DNA from: the human T2T-CHM13v2.0 reference genome, Homo sapiens
Assembly (NCBI RefSeq): GCF_009914755.1
Contig: NC_060927.1
Strand: one strand, 5' to 3'
DNA length: 64,000 bases
Shown here: positions 1 to 18,004 of the stretch, in pieces
Position numbering within the stretch: position 1 is the first letter of the stretch
Layout of the letters: the number at the start of each line of letters is the position of its first letter
Made by a program: the position numbers and the translations under genes
The notes under the pieces: generated by a model
What the model was told of the DNA's origin: nothing
Databases searched by the model: none
What the model saw: the letters and a program-made list of their open reading frames with translations, nothing else

Positions 1-1232
1 ACAATCAATTTTAACAACTCAGAACTTGCCATACCGAAAACACTCGAGGGAAGATGAATATTCATAGGTAGATAAAAATAATTTTTAAGGTTTAACAACA
101 GCAAAAGCGATTTATCCTAGCTATTCTGAATTTATTATTAAAAAATGTATATACCTATATCTTTTTGAACTATAGTTTGAAGGTAATACAGTCACATGGT
201 TAGGAAAAAAGGTATAAAGTGATACCCCTACCCCTGCCCTCATCTTCCCAATGCCCCACTGTGCCTCCTGCCCACATGTACAATCAGAATATATTAATAT
301 TTTCTCCATGTTTATATAAAAGGAGCATACAGAAATACTGTTCAGCATTTTCCTTTTTTGTATTTCCTAATATTAGAGATCTTTCCATATTAGTACCTAG
401 ACAGCACCCATACTTTATCGACCAGTGATGGACATTTACACTATTTCCAATATTTTTGTTATTAGTAAGGGTGCTGCAATAAATTTCCTCCAACATTTGT
501 CATTTTGTGCACAGGCAAGTATATTTGTGGAATACATTCCCAAAGACAGAACTGCTCGGTCAAAGGATATACACAGTTGTAATATAAGTAGATTCTGTCA
601 AATTGTTCCGTACATGGTATTAAGCACGCATGTACAATCAACAGCTGAATATGAGACTCCCTGGTCCTCCACAGCCTTGTCGACCCAAGGTGATATCCCT
701 CTGGTGGATTTCTGCCAATCTGATAAGGTGACAATAGGTGTTTCAGTTTAGTTTCCACTTGCCTATCTTACTCTGAATGATGTTGAGCACCTATTCACAC
801 ACTTAACCGCCATTTGCATTTTGCTTTTTTTGTAAACTTTCTGTTCATAATGAAAAGCATTTGAGAAGGTTGAGGGATTGGAGAAAAGGGAAGAAAGAAG
901 AAGAAAGACACTGATTCCAGTTCTGTACAAGTACAAATAACTCATTTTTTGGCTTAAATTGGATCTATATATTAGAACATGTTAAATTCTAATGAAGTTC
1001 TACTATTTTTTATTGAGATTTTATTTTTAAAGCAGTTTTAGTTTTGTAGAAAAACTACACAGAAAGTAGAGAGTTGCTGTATACCTGTCATTCTCCCAGT
1101 TTCCCCTATTATTAAGGTCTAACATTTGTATTGTTCATCTGCTACAATTGATGTACCAATACTGATACTTTATTATCAACCAAGGCCCATAGTTTACATT
1201 AGGGTTCACTATACAGGTTTTCACAAATGCAT

Positions 1233-1563
1233 TGTTATGGCTTGAATTTCTGTGTCCCCACAAATTCACATTTTGAAGTGCTAACCTCCAACACGATGGT
1301 TTTAGGAAGTAGGGTGCTAGGGAGGTAATTAGGTTTAGACAAGGTCATAAGGATGGAGCGACAATGATGGGATAGTGCCCAGATAAGAAATGGAAGACAG
1401 ACCTAGAGCTTCCTCTGTCTACCACATGAGGATTCAAGAAGGCCTAAGAATCAAATCTGCCAGCATCTTAATCTTGGACTTCTCAACTTCCGGAAGCATG
1501 AAAAATAAATGCCATTTAGGCCACTTGGTCTGGTATTCTGTTATAGCAGCCTGAGCTGAGACA
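1233..1563 (+). mobile_element. MLT1A-type MaLR solo LTR
   Basis: Begins TGTTATGGCTTGAAT...TGTGTCCCC and ends GTTATAGCAGCCTGAGCTGAGACA, as MLT1A-family LTRs do. Confidence 0.7.
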
Positions 1564-2078
1564 TACATCATGTCATGTATCCACCATTACAGTATCATAC
1601 ATGATAGTTTTACTGCCCTAAAAACCCCTGTGGTTCACTTATTCATTCCACACTTCCTCCCTTGCATCTCTTCCCTCCCCCTCAACTCCCAGCTGCCACT
1701 GATCTTTTTACTGTCTCTATAGTTTTGTCTTTTCTAAAGTGTTATATATTTGGAATCATACAGTATATAGCCTTTTCAGACTGACTTCTTCCACTTAGGA
1801 ACAGGCATTTAAGGTCCCTCCATGTCTTTTCATGGCTTGATAGCTCATTTCTTCTTAACAGTGATTATTATTCCCTCATATAGATGTACAACATAATTTT
1901 ATCCAATCATCTACCGAAGGACATCTTGGTTGCTCCGAAGTTTGGACAATCATGAATAAAGCTGCTATAAACATCCATCTGCAGGTTTGTGTATGGACAT
2001 AAGTTTTCAACCCATTTGGGTAAATACCAAGGAGCATGGCTGCTAAATCATATGGTAAAAGTATGCTTAGTTTTCTAA

Positions 2079-2626
<548 letters not shown>

Positions 2627-3533
2627 TAACTTTTTAATTTTGAAGAAGTTTAACTTATAAATTATTTCTTTCAAGCTTTTGGAACTGAATTTAAAAAGTA
2701 ATTAATTACTAAACCCTAGAACACCCAGATTTTCTCTTATCTTCTAGAAGTTTTATAGTTTTGTGTTTTACATTTAGGTTTCTGATCCATTTGGGATTAA
2801 TTTTTGTTAAAGGTATAAGGTCCCTATCTAGATTCTTTTTTTTTTTTTTTTTTTTTGTATGTGATGTCCAGTTGTTACAGCACCCTTTGTTGAAAGGACT
2901 ATCCTTTCTCCATTGAATTGCCTTTGCCAATAGTAGATCTATTTTGGGGCTGTTTTGTTCCATTTATTTATTTGTCTATTCTTTCACCAATACCACAATG
3001 TCTTCATTACTGTAGCTTTACAGCAAGTTTCGAAGTTGGTTAGTGCCAGTCCTCTTTGTTTTTCTTCAGCATTGTGTTGGCTATTTTGGGTCTTTTGCCA
3101 CTCCACATAAACAATAGAATCAGTCTGTCAATATACATAAAATAACTTGCTTGGATTTTGATGGAGATTGTGTTCAATGTACACATCAAGTTGAGAAAAA
3201 CTGACATCTTAATAGAGAATCCTCCCATCCATAAACATGGGATATCTCTCCATTTATTTATATTTTCTTTGATTTCTGTCAGTAGAGTTTAGCAGTTTTT
3301 CTCATCTATATTTGTACATTTCTTTTTAGATTTACACCTAAGTACTGCATTTTTTTGGAGCTAATGTAAATGGTATTATGTTTTTAATTTCAAATTCCAA
3401 ATGTTCACTGCAGGTATATGGGTAAGCAGTTGACTTTTATTCTACTAGTTTCTGCCATTGTTTTTAGAATAAAGTGGAAAAATATTTGAATTTTTTTTCT
3501 GGAATAAAGTAGAAAAAATATGAATATAATTTA

Positions 3534-3891
<358 letters not shown>

Positions 3892-4489
3892 TCACCTATG
3901 CCAGAATTATATGTCTCAGATAATTCCCTGGTTATGATAAGGAAATCATATGTCAATAACTGTCATTTGCCACACACTTTTATAAATCAAGTGACAAACC
4001 TGAAATAAGATTCCTGAATATGATATTCAAGTCCACGTGAACTAAAGCCATAAGAAAGGTACCCTGCACTCTGGAAAATATTGATGAGAACATTTATGTC
4101 ATCTTTTTGTAATGTAACAGATTACAGTTCAAAAAGTACTTCCTTCAAACTTTGGCAGAGTCCTGAAAAACTGCATTTTGGTCATAAGTTCCTTAAGCTT
4201 CTAATCCATTCACAGATGAATTTCTATAAATGGATTAGGTATCTGCCAAGTCCAGGCATTTTTTTCTGTTGCTTAGGCTTTATAATACAGCACTGATACC
4301 TTACATAGTCATAAAGTTAATGCCAATCTGATTAGAAGAAACTCCCTATTTTCAAAGTATATCACAGCACATATCTGAAGTTTATAATGTCGAGATTACT
4401 TTGAATCATGGTCCCTAAGCACATCCTTGCAGGAACAGTTGCTTAAGGAGTTGGACCTTGAGAGAGGCAACACTCAGAGTATAAGGGAA

Positions 4490-4863
4490 CTTCAGAGAAT
4501 GCTGGGACATGCTGCCGAGATGTCCCATCAGAACTGAAGGAATTATTCTCCCAGCTGCTGCAAGGGCTACTAGAAGACACACCTGAGCTGAAGAGAGCCA
4601 CCTTGACCACACTCGCCTCTGTCTCCTGAGGCTGCTGTACCCACCGACTAGTCTATCGGGATGGAAAATAATAACCTGGCCATTCCAGCTTCAGAGCTCC
4701 CTATGAAATCAGCTGAGGCGTTGTTGCCCAACTTCTCCCTCTGTTCAATCGGCTTCCTTTCCCATCCCTTTCAAGTGTTGATTCTCAAGAGCTTTCTCTA
4801 ACGAAAGTCCTGCACACTAGTCTCCATCTCAGAGTTTGGTTGCTGGGAAACCTGACCTGTGAC
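4490..4863 (+). mobile_element. LTR16-like ERVL LTR
   Basis: 3' end CTCCATCTCAGAGTTTGGTTGCTGGGAAACCTGACCTGTGACA resembles LTR16 ends; 5' boundary uncertain. Confidence 0.45.
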
Positions 4864-5499
4864 AGTAATCAATTTTAAAATGAGGATTTTAAATCACCTT
4901 TTTTATGGCTTTGTCTAGGTGGTGGTGGTTAGGGATGAAGGGTGGGGATTAGGGGGTGGGTAGGAGGATTTGCAAAAGAAATACAAGACAATTTTTTTGC
5001 ACACAAGGTGCAATTTAGCTGAGGAGTCCAAATACGCTTAGATAAGACTATAAAGTAATGTAAATGAAGTTTAAAGAACACCCAAGAACTTACACATTCA
5101 AATAACTGTGGTTCACTTAGCATTGAGTTTGAGAGGCTCTATGCTTACTCTAGGGAAATGGAATTGCAAAGTCACAAAAGATTTTTGGAACTCTTAGATA
5201 TCTATCTAGTCACAGTGAGTAAGTGAAAATGGCTTTCTGTTGTTGGTTTTCTACTCCCAACTGTATGAGGCAGTTTGGCTACCGATAAACTCCCAAGATT
5301 TGGTATTAAATTATTTTTGGCTATTCTAAAGTCAAATCTACCCTCAAAGGCTAAAGATTAGTTACTAATAAAATAGGCCATAGAACAATTCTAACTTATT
5401 TATTTATTTAATCTTCTTGGATACCAATGTAGATCAATTCTAAAAGAATTAGAACACTCTCTAGGCTTGTAAATGTATTCTTGTTTTTAAAAAAACCAA

Positions 5500-7160
5500 C
5501 AACACTTTATTGATTCACATACCATAGAATTCTCCCAATGAAAGTATATAATTCAATACCTTCTAGTATACTCAGAGTTTGTGCAACTATCACCACAATA
5601 CATTTTAGGACATTTTCCTTGCACCCTCCAAAAAGCCTATGCCCCTTAATGGTCATTTTCCAATCCCTTATCTCCCGTAGGCAACCACCAGTCTACTTTC
5701 TGTATTAAAGTAGTTATTCTGGAAATTCCACATAAATGGAATCATACAGTATGTGGTCCTTTGTGATGGGCTTCCTTCACTTAGCACAGTGTTTTCAAGT
5801 TTCATCCATGTTGTGGCATGTATTACTAGTTCATTTCTTTTTATTGCCTAATAATATTCTATTGTATAAATAAACCACATTTCATTTATCCATTCATCAG
5901 TTGGTGGACATTTGGGTTGTTTCCATTTGAGGCTATCACGAATAATGCTGCTATGAATATTAATGTGCAAGTTTTTGTGCAGACATGTGTTTTAATTTCA
6001 CTTGGGTATATACCTAGGAGTGGAACTGCTGGATCGCATAGTAACTCTATGGTTAACATTTAGTGGAACTGCTAAACCATTTTCCACAGTGGCTGTACCA
6101 TTTCACATTCCCACCAGCAGTGTACAAGGGTTTCAGTTGCTCTACATCCTCACCAAATCTTGTTGTTATTATTTGCCTTTTTGTTTATATCTATGCTAAT
6201 GAGTATAAAGTATTATCTTATAGTGGATTTGATCTGTAGTTCCCTGATGGCTAATGATGTAAATATCTTTCCATGTGCTTGCTGGCCACTTAAAAAATCT
6301 TCTTTGTAGAAATGTCTATTCGGATCCTTTGCCCATTTTTTAATTGGGTTAATTGTGAGTTTTAATAGTTCTTTAATTATTCTAGATACAAGTTCCTTCT
6401 CAGATATGTGATTTGCAAATATCTGCAACCTTTCTGTGGTGTCCTTCGAAGCACAAAAGGTTTCAGTTTTGATGAAGCCCAGTTTATCTTCTTTTCCCCC
6501 TTTTTTTTTTTTTTTTGAGACGGAGTCTCGCTCTGTCTCCCAGGCTGGAGTGCAGTGGCGTGATCTTGGCTCACTTGCAAGCTCCACCACCCAGGTTCAC
6601 GTCATTGTTCTGCCTCAGCCTCCCAAGTAGCTGGGACTACAGGCACCCGCCACTGTGCCCGGCTAATTTTCCGTATTTTTAGTACAGACGGGGTTTCACT
6701 GTGTTAGCCAGGATGGTCTCGATCTCCTGACCTCATGATATGCCCACCTCGGCCTCCCAAAGTGCTGGGATTACAGGCATGAGCCACCGCACCTGGCCTA
6801 TCTTCTTTTTCTTTTATTGCTTGTGCTTTTGGTGTCATATCTAAGAACCACTGTTTAATTCAAAATCACAAAGATTTACATCCTTGTTTCTTCTTAAGAG
6901 TTTTCTAGTCTTGGCTTATACTTAGGTCTTTGATCTATTTTGAGTTATTTTTTGCATATAGTGTGGGGTAGGGATCCAATTTCATTTGTTTGCATATGGC
7001 TATCCAGTTGTCCCAGCACCATGTGCTGAAAAGATTATTCTTTCCTCATTCAATTATCTTGACACCCTTGTTGAACACTATATGTGAGAGTTTATTTCTG
7101 GCCTCTCAATTCTATTACATTGGTCTATAAGTCTGTCCTTATGCCGGTATTACATATTGT
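5500..7160 (-). mobile_element. L1MB-type 3' end/ORF2 fragment interrupted by AluY
   Basis: Minus-strand L1 3'UTR and ORF2-like text ([13 protein letters not shown]...SLAIRELQIKSTIR). Confidence 0.8.
6501..6798 (-). mobile_element. AluY-like
   Basis: GCAAGCTCC and GTGTTAGCCAGGATGGTCTCGATCTCC diagnostics; TSD TATCTTCTTTT. Confidence 0.9.
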
Positions 7161-7184
7161 ATCCTTCTTAAGGTGTCTGCTTAT

Positions 7185-8870
7185 ATGCATTCATTCATCA
7201 AATGCTCAGTAGGCAACTACCACATACCAGACACTCTCTAGGTGCTGTAGATTGGAACTAAAGCACAGCTGGAGCTTACCTTTTTAGAGAAGACATATAA
7301 TTAAACTATTCATAAGTAACATACATAGTTTATGAAACAAAGAAGAGGAAGTTTTGGTAGTAGGACTAAAATGTAGACAGGATAGCCAGGGGAAGGTGAC
7401 TCTCAATAAAGACCTGAAGGAAGGAAGCTGGGCAGGCTTTCTTCTGGGGGAAAAGCATGTTGGGTCAGGGGAAAGGCAAATGTAAAGGCCCTGAGGCAGT
7501 AGCCTGGCTGTTCAAGGAACACAGAGGAAGGCCTGTGTGTCTGGAATGGATTGCAAGAACGTTGAGAGGAGTTGATGATAAGGGCAGAGAGATAATCATG
7601 GGCCTGATTCTATAGGGTTTCAAAAGTCATAGTGAGGACATTGACTTTTATTTTAAATCAGATGGGAACCTGCTGGAGGTTTCTGGATGGAGAAGTGATG
7701 TGTAAGGTTATTAACAAAACCACTGTGGCTGCTGTGTTGAGACCAGACAAAAGCAGAAGGGTGGCCCAAGAACAGAGCCCAAGACTGTCTGGCCATCAGA
7801 GAGAGTGGGCAAGAAGCACACACAACAAAACACACACAAAAAAAGGGAGAGAGGAAGAGAGAAATGGAGGGGAGGAGACATGGAGGGAGGGAAGGAGGAA
7901 GAGATACTAAAGAAGAGTGGTCAGAAAGGCAGGAGGAAAAGCAAGTGATGTAGGGACCTGAAAATCAAATGAAAACAGTGTTTCCAGGAGAGAGGAGTCA
8001 GGTAAGGTGAGGCCTGAGAAAGGACCATGGCATTAGCAAGGTGCTGATCACCAGAGACCTTCAGAAGTGGTGTCTTGGTGGACTAATGGTTCAAAATAAT
8101 ATGAAAGAAGAAGAACTGGAGACAGTAAGCATGAACAATTTACACAAGTTTTGTTTAAAGACAAATGAGGCAGTAATTAGAGGGAAATGTAAGGCCAGGG
8201 TAGAAGAAATAACAGCATGTTTATGCACCGATGAGGATGATCCTATAGAAAGGGAAAAAGACAATGCAAGTGAGAGTGAGGGAGTCTCCTGGAGCCTGTG
8301 CTGGAGACATGTGAGAGAATAGAATCCAGCCCCTGAGTGTGGAGGTGTCCCTCATGGGGCGCAGATGTGGGCCATCTGCAGTGACAGGAGAAAAAGTCAA
8401 ATACATGGGCACAAATGCATGCAAGTGGTGTAGCTGGCGGGAGTTTTCATGTAGTGCGCCCATTTTCTCAGTGAGGTAGGAAGCAAGGTCATGAGCCAAG
8501 AGCAAGGGAGGGAAGGAGGCACTGGAGGACTGAGGGAGGAGAAGGCATGAAACAGTCATGTGGAAGGGCAGGAGAGAGAATGACCATGGAAATACACATG
8601 CATGCCAAGCAGCATTGAGGGCTATTTGAGGTCAGTGATTAGGAATCTAAAGTGAGGCAGGCCATGAGTCAGAGGTATGACTGTGGAGGTGGGAGGCTGA
8701 GATCAGAAGGAAGACAGGTCAGTGGAGGAGAGGTCAAGGATGTCAGCAGCCATGGATGTGGAAGGAGTGACAGGTACGTGTATTAGAGAGGTTCTGCAGA
8801 GAGAGGGGGTGAGTCAGGCCCTTAAGTCCTTGAGGAATGGGGGGAAATGACCTGGGGTAAGCCAGGCTAG
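7185..8870 (-). mobile_element. L2 LINE fossil
   Basis: CATTCATTCATC (inverted L2 3' end) followed by purine-rich L2 antisense text; end approximate. Confidence 0.65.
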
Positions 8871-10599
8871 GTACTGTAAATCAACTAGTTAGCAGGATAG
8901 GAGGGCAGTCTTCCATCTCACAGATCCTTTCTGGGGCCAGCTAATTTAATTGTTCTGACTGGTTGATTATTTCTCCTTTCACCACCCTAAGAACCCCTCT
9001 CAAAACTTCACTGGGCTGGGCTGCATGTGTGATCTTTTCCTCAGGGTTTCTGAATAAACTACACTTAAAATTTTTCCAAACACCATCAGTCAAACAAACA
9101 TTGGTTACAAACCTTTTTTTTTTCCAACAGATTCTGACACAAAGATGAATATATAAAGATATATAAAAATAAATTATAATATCCTGTGGTACATGACGCA
9201 GTATTTACTTGTTAGAGTAACATATTCCAGCACTGCTATTCTACAGCAAGTTCAATAAACAACAGGAGCAAAGACTTGCGTTAACTCTAATTTACGATGG
9301 GATAAAGAAAAGCAAAAAGAGTAACATTAAAAAACATTTAAGCACCTACTAGGTGATGAAATAATTTCTTTAAATAGAAATTGACATGCTACATTTGCCT
9401 ACTCCTCAAATAACTTGGGCTGGCTCCCACCCTGGGAACCTGGGCTCAGCAGGTGAGCAGGTACGGCGGTCACCAACACCTGCACAGTCATTAGGAGGAA
9501 AGGAAAAGGACGCTACAAAAATAGAATCTTCAGACACTGCAGTGTATAATTAATGATACTCTCAGCTGCATTTTTGAGTGTCACCTTTTATACAAAATGT
9601 ATATATTTTAAAGCTCCAGAAGTCCTATATTATACTGATGGCACTGAGTTTTGCCTTAAAGGTGCTAAAAATCTGCTAAACCTGGGCATTTTCTTCACCT
9701 GTGCTCTGAGGTAAGCTCTTGCACACATCCACAAAGAAGCAAACACAACGCTGTGCATCCTTATGTAGCTCTGGCTTTAGAAGCAAAGAGTTGTCCATCG
9801 GTAGGAAAATGGATAAGAAAACTTTGGTGTATTCAGAAGATGGATATCTACGTAGCAGTCAGAAGCAATGAACCAAATTCATACATAGCCACATAGACAG
9901 ATATCATAAACACTGAGTGAAAAAGAATTAGAGATTCAGAGCCCAAAGCCATGCTCATTAATTACAACACACACAAACACCATAATTTAAATAAGTGAAA
10001 GGTGGAAGGGAAGGACATATATCAAATATACCATTGGTGCCTACAAAAGGGAGGGTCACAGATGCAGGAATTAATACAATTACAAAGGTGTCTGCGACAT
10101 GAAGCAAAGAGTAGGATCATTTTAATTTTGTGTAATTGAGGCGGTAGTGGTCATGGGAAAAGTGGATAGCAGTGTTCTTATGAGTGAAACACAGTAAGTA
10201 CGGATTTTTCATACTTACAACTTTCTTGTATTTGTTACTTGTAAATCTTGCTCCAGAGCCATCTATAATGTGCCATGACAATGCACCCAACAGTACATTA
10301 CCATTCTATAAACTTAACATGTTTTGGCACAATCATTTCAATTTATGAATGGTATATAACAGAAACCAGAATAAAAATTGCCAAAAACTAAATTAGCTAA
10401 TACTAAATCTAATGAAGAATAAAGCTTTGATTATGCTTTGAAATAAAGTCAGGGAGGAAACTAGATAAAAAAGACTCCTTTGGTATTGAACTTGACACTG
10501 TGGTTAATAACTTGGCACACAAAATGCCTCTTAGCAGATTGCTAAATACACATATCAAAGTTAACCCTGACAGTTAATAACCTGCTGCAGAAACATGCT

Positions 10600-10987
10600 T
10601 GTATTAGTCCATTTTCACACTGCTATGAAGAACTTCCCTGAGACTGGGTAATTTACAAAGGAAAGAGGTTTAACTGACTCACAGTTCTGCATGGCTGGGG
10701 AGGCCTCAGGAAACTTACAATCGTGGCAGAAGGTGAAGAGGAAGCAAGCACCTTTTTCAGAAGGCAGCAGGAGAGAGAAGGGAGCAAGAGAGGAACTATT
10801 GAAACACTTATAAAAACCACCAGATCTCATGAGAACTCACTCACTATCATGAGAACAGTATGGGGGAAACCACCCCCATGATTCAATCACCTCCCTCCCT
10901 CAACATGTGGGGATCACGGGTCCCTCCCTCAATATGTGGGAATTACAATTCAAGATGAGATTTGGGTGGGAACACAGAGCCAAACCT
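10600..10987 (-). mobile_element. THE1D/MSTA-type MaLR solo LTR
   Basis: TGTATTAGTCCATTTTCACACTGCTAT...GGGAACACAGAGCCAAACC. Confidence 0.85.
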
Positions 10988-11965
10988 GCTTTACTTTAGA
11001 ATACATGTATGTTTCCTATAGACTCCTAATTCATTACAAGCTTTTTGCTTGCCATCTCTAAACTACAAATTACTTTCTAAAATAAAATCAACTGCAAGGA
11101 GGAGATCAGTACCAGGTGGAAATCAAATTAACTAATGTGTTCTGAGGAGCTGCCACTTGAAATGCTCAGTGCAACATGGAGAGTTCTGCAGTGGTGTACC
11201 TGGGGCTTGAGGAGCTTGTAGTCTGATCAACCAAGATGCAAGGCCCCCAACCCATCCCCCACCCCCTACCCTGTTCCTATTCCTATAGGAGTTTGTGTGG
11301 GATCTTGGAATAATCACTTAAGTTTCTTTGTCTCCCTTTCATTGAGTGACACTGAGCTCCAGGCAACAAAGACAGTAGACAACCACATATTGGAAAAGGA
11401 GTCAGAACTCTCATTTTGTTCCTAGCTTGTTAACCTATAAAAGGGGAGATGACAATATATCCCCACTGTGCTATATATAATCTTTGTCATTTGTAAAAAT
11501 TATTAAAACCCTGAAGGCTTGTTATAAATGCTGACCCCGGAGTCCTAGTCAAGAGACCCCCTGCAATGGAGACCACTGTGCAATAAGATCCTTATAGCAC
11601 CCCACAGATGAATCTCCTTAAAGACAGACACACTTTATAAAAATCTGTTCTAAGAAGAAGTTTCACAAAGAATCCAGGATACCTGTTTTTTCCTTCTTGG
11701 AAGGATGTTTCTAGCAATAAGACCACCTTGCCCTGCAAAGTTTTTAAATTTAAGCTGAAATAATTTGATTTGCTCCATCAAATTCCTCCACATCCTCCTT
11801 TTACTTACCATAACAATAAAATATTCTGAAAATATTTCTACATAGGAAATATTTCTACAGGAATTCTCTTATGCATTACAAATTCCTATTAACATCAAAT
11901 GAAGACACCATAGACAAGAAATGCAGAGAGCTTTCAATCTCCCATTAGGCTTAAACCGACTTCTT

Positions 11966-12269
11966 TTTTCTCTTTTTTACTTTAAGTTCTGGGATACATG
12001 TGCTGAACGTGCAGGTTTGTTATATAGGTATACATGTGCCATGGTGGTTTGCTGCACCTATCAACTCGTGATCTAGGTTTTAAGCTCTGCATACATTAGG
12101 GATTTGTCCTAACGCTCTCCCTCCCCTTTCCCCCTACCCCTGGACAGGCCCGGGTGTGTGATATTCCCCTCCCTGTGTCCATGTGTTCTCATTGTTCAGC
12201 TCCCACTTATGAGTGAGAATATGTGGTGTTTGGTTTTCTGTTCCTGTGTTAGTTTGCTGAGGATGATGA
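11966..12269 (-). mobile_element. 5'-truncated L1PA (about PA8-PA13) 3' end
   Basis: L1PA 3'UTR in antisense; imperfect TSD TTAAACCGACTTCTT (11951) / TTAAACCTATTTCTT (12270). Confidence 0.85.
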
Positions 12270-13139
12270 TTAAACCTATTTCTTATACGCCACGAGCTTC
12301 CAAATCAATGTCTCTACAACAGTAAAACAAAGTCTCTGAGCCCCTTGAGTTATGTGTAACCAGGTGGAACATAAATATATGAGAAGAGAAAGGCAGCACT
12401 GTTTAATGCCATTAGGTGGGCTCTAAGAGCAATAGCTAGCTGCATGTGTCACTATCATAGGGTGGCACTTCTCAATTTTTTTTTCCTGACTCACTTTCTG
12501 TCCAACCACCACCACCCCACCTCCTGCCACTAAGTTGTTTTTATCTTTTGTTCTCTTCTTTCGGTAGCCACAACTTGCTCCAGGATTCGGTGTTGTTGAA
12601 GGAAAAGGACCAGTCAGTGCTCAGATTCCATTTCTACCTGATGCACTTCCCTAGTAAATGGAGGATAACCAAATTGAGCATCATCCAATTCAGTAAGTAA
12701 CAAACAAGGTGGTATTATCAGAGAGAGGACCACAGATAGTCTTCTGTGAAGAGGCTAAGGGTGAGGGAGGGCTTGCTGGCAATGAAACAAGGTTTCAGAG
12801 GTCTCACAGAAATATCTGCCAGTAGAAGAATGACTTGTGGAGAGGAAGGTCCAAGTGCGGAGTGAGGAGAACATGGCCAAGAGGTGACATGGCTAAGAGG
12901 CATGATGGAGCTGCCAGTTTCTCAGTGGGACCCTCCTGAGGAAGGTGCTTCCCACTGGCCCAGAGCTAGTGAGTGCTTCCTGCCAGTGCCTGTCTGGAGC
13001 TTCTGCTCAGGCCTCCAACCATTCAAGGGGGAAAGTGCTTTTTGGGCCTCAGATGGTAGGAGTTAGTGAGGGCTCGCCCATGGAAGGAGGGACTGAGCTC
13101 CAGGCTGGTGGGTTAGTTTTAACACTTCCACCATCATGG

Positions 13140-13256
13140 TGGAACTACATAGTTGGTACTACTGTTATCTCTATTTTAAAAAACAGGCACAGAGAAGTTA
13201 AACAAGTTACTCAGGGTCACAAACCAGTAAATGGCAGCATGGGATTAGGAATCAGG
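13140..13256 (-). mobile_element. MIR
   Basis: AGGCACAGAGAAGTTAAACAAGTTACTCAGGGTCACA core in antisense. Confidence 0.65.
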
Positions 13257-14764
13257 AAAATTATAAACTACTATATAAAGAAGTTAAAAAGAATGCTATG
13301 CATTGGTTTAGATGGGAGGTTGAAGATTTCCATTTATCTCTCATATCCATTTGGAGAGATCATCAAAAGAACAGCAAAGAAACAAAAAGGCATCCATAAT
13401 AATGAGGGAAATGGGAAGAAGGCCATCAGCACATAGGAAAAGTCTGTAAATTTCTGGAAATCAGAAAATAAATCAAAGAGTATAGCATGATAAAACTGAG
13501 TGTAGAAAATTACAGCCTAGAACCCAGATGGAGGCAGGCTTTGGCTATGGAAAAAGCCAACCAGTACAGCAAAGCCTTGGAAAGGCTTTGTACCTGGACA
13601 ATGCCCTCATAATGGTAGGAAGAGTGATATGGAAGTTCATCTCTCCCTATAATCCTATGTGCAAATGGCTGCAGCTAAGTAACTCTCAGATGCATACATA
13701 CATGTGCCACACATGCACACACAAAATAGATCTTTACTAAACAAATTAAGTGAACTTTCTTGGGGTGGAAGGTAGGAGGACTAAGGGAGCTCAAAACACC
13801 TTCCACATTCTGGCATTGGGGGATGGGCAGTGTATTCTGCACCCTCCCCCTCTCCCCTTTGTCTTCTATCATAAAGCAAAGTCTTTGCCTCTTGGAAAAC
13901 CTCACCCATATCATGAAGGCCTGAGCCAGCCATGCTACTGGCTAATTCTCAATATGAACAGATAGCCAAGACTCACCAAACACTTGAGAAAAGTCTTCAT
14001 GAAGAAAATCAGACAGACACACAGCTATGCACATATACCCCATGGCAAAAAAGAAGAAAATGAATCCAGATGAAACAGATAATTCTGAGAACAGGAGAGA
14101 GGGTTTTTTTTAAAAAAAGGACAGCAGCCTCAGGGAGAACTAAGAAAATCCTGTATTCATACAACAAGAGCAGACACTCACAGAAAAGGAACAATTGAAA
14201 GCCAGAAAGAGTTCTTGGAAATTACCATATGATTGTCAAAATGAAAACTTCAATAGAAAAGCTGAGGAATCTAATCTAAGAATCTTTCATATAATAGAAC
14301 TAAGAAGGGGCTAGAAAAAAAAAACAGGAAAAAATGAAGAAAATATTAAAAGTGTAAAAATCAGTAAAATAGAAATCAATCGATAGAAGAAAATCAATAA
14401 GAACAAACGTTTTTTAAAAAGATCAGTAAACTAAACCTCTAGCTAAACTAATTAAGAATAAAAGAAGAAAGACATAAATTACCAATATCAGGAATAAAAA
14501 AGGAGATATCATTAAATGTTCTATAGAAATTAAAACCATAACAAGAAAATAATGTGAACAACTTTATACCTGTAAGTTAAAAAACTTAGATGACATAAAC
14601 AAATAAGGAACAAAATTACCAAAACTGACATAGGAAGAAACAGAACATCTGAATAGCTCCCTCTATCTATTAAAGATATTGAATTCATAACAGAAAATCT
14701 TCTCAGGCCCAGACAGTTTTATTGGGAAAGTATATAAAACATTTAAGGAATAAATATTATCAAT

Positions 14765-17490
<2,726 letters not shown>

Positions 17491-17717
17491 TCAATCCTAC
17501 ACAGCCTCTCTCCGAAAAAAAAAGGAGGGGACATTCATGAGGACAGTATTATTCTGATACCAAAACCTGACAAAAACATTTCAAGAAAAGAACACCACAG
17601 ACCAATATCTCTCATTGGTATAGACGTAAAATTCTTTAGCAAAATATTAGAACATCAAATCCAGCAATCTCTAATAAAATATGGCCAAGTGGGATATATT
17701 TCAGAAATGCAAAGTTG

Positions 17718-18004
17718 GGCTAGGCTTGGTGGCTCACATCTGTAATCCTAGCACTTCAGGAGGCCAAGGTGGGAGGATCACTTGAACTCAGGAGTTTGAG
17801 ACCAACCTGGTCAACATAGCAAGACCCTGCAGCTACAAAAAATTAAAAAATTAGCCAGGCATGTTGGCACATGCCTATAGTCCCAGCAACTTGGGAGGCT
17901 GAGGTAGACAATCACTTGAGTCCAAGAGGTTGAGGTTGCAGTGAGCCATAACTGCCCCACTGCACTTCAGCCTAGGTGACAGACAGAGACCCCATATAAA
18001 AAAA
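17718..18004 (+). mobile_element. AluJ
   Basis: Diverged dimer with GGAGGATCACTTGA; TSD AAATGCAA. Confidence 0.85.

Noticed and set aside
12945-13436. 163-aa ORF
   Set aside because: Non-ATG start, runs through a MIR, no recognisable protein features.
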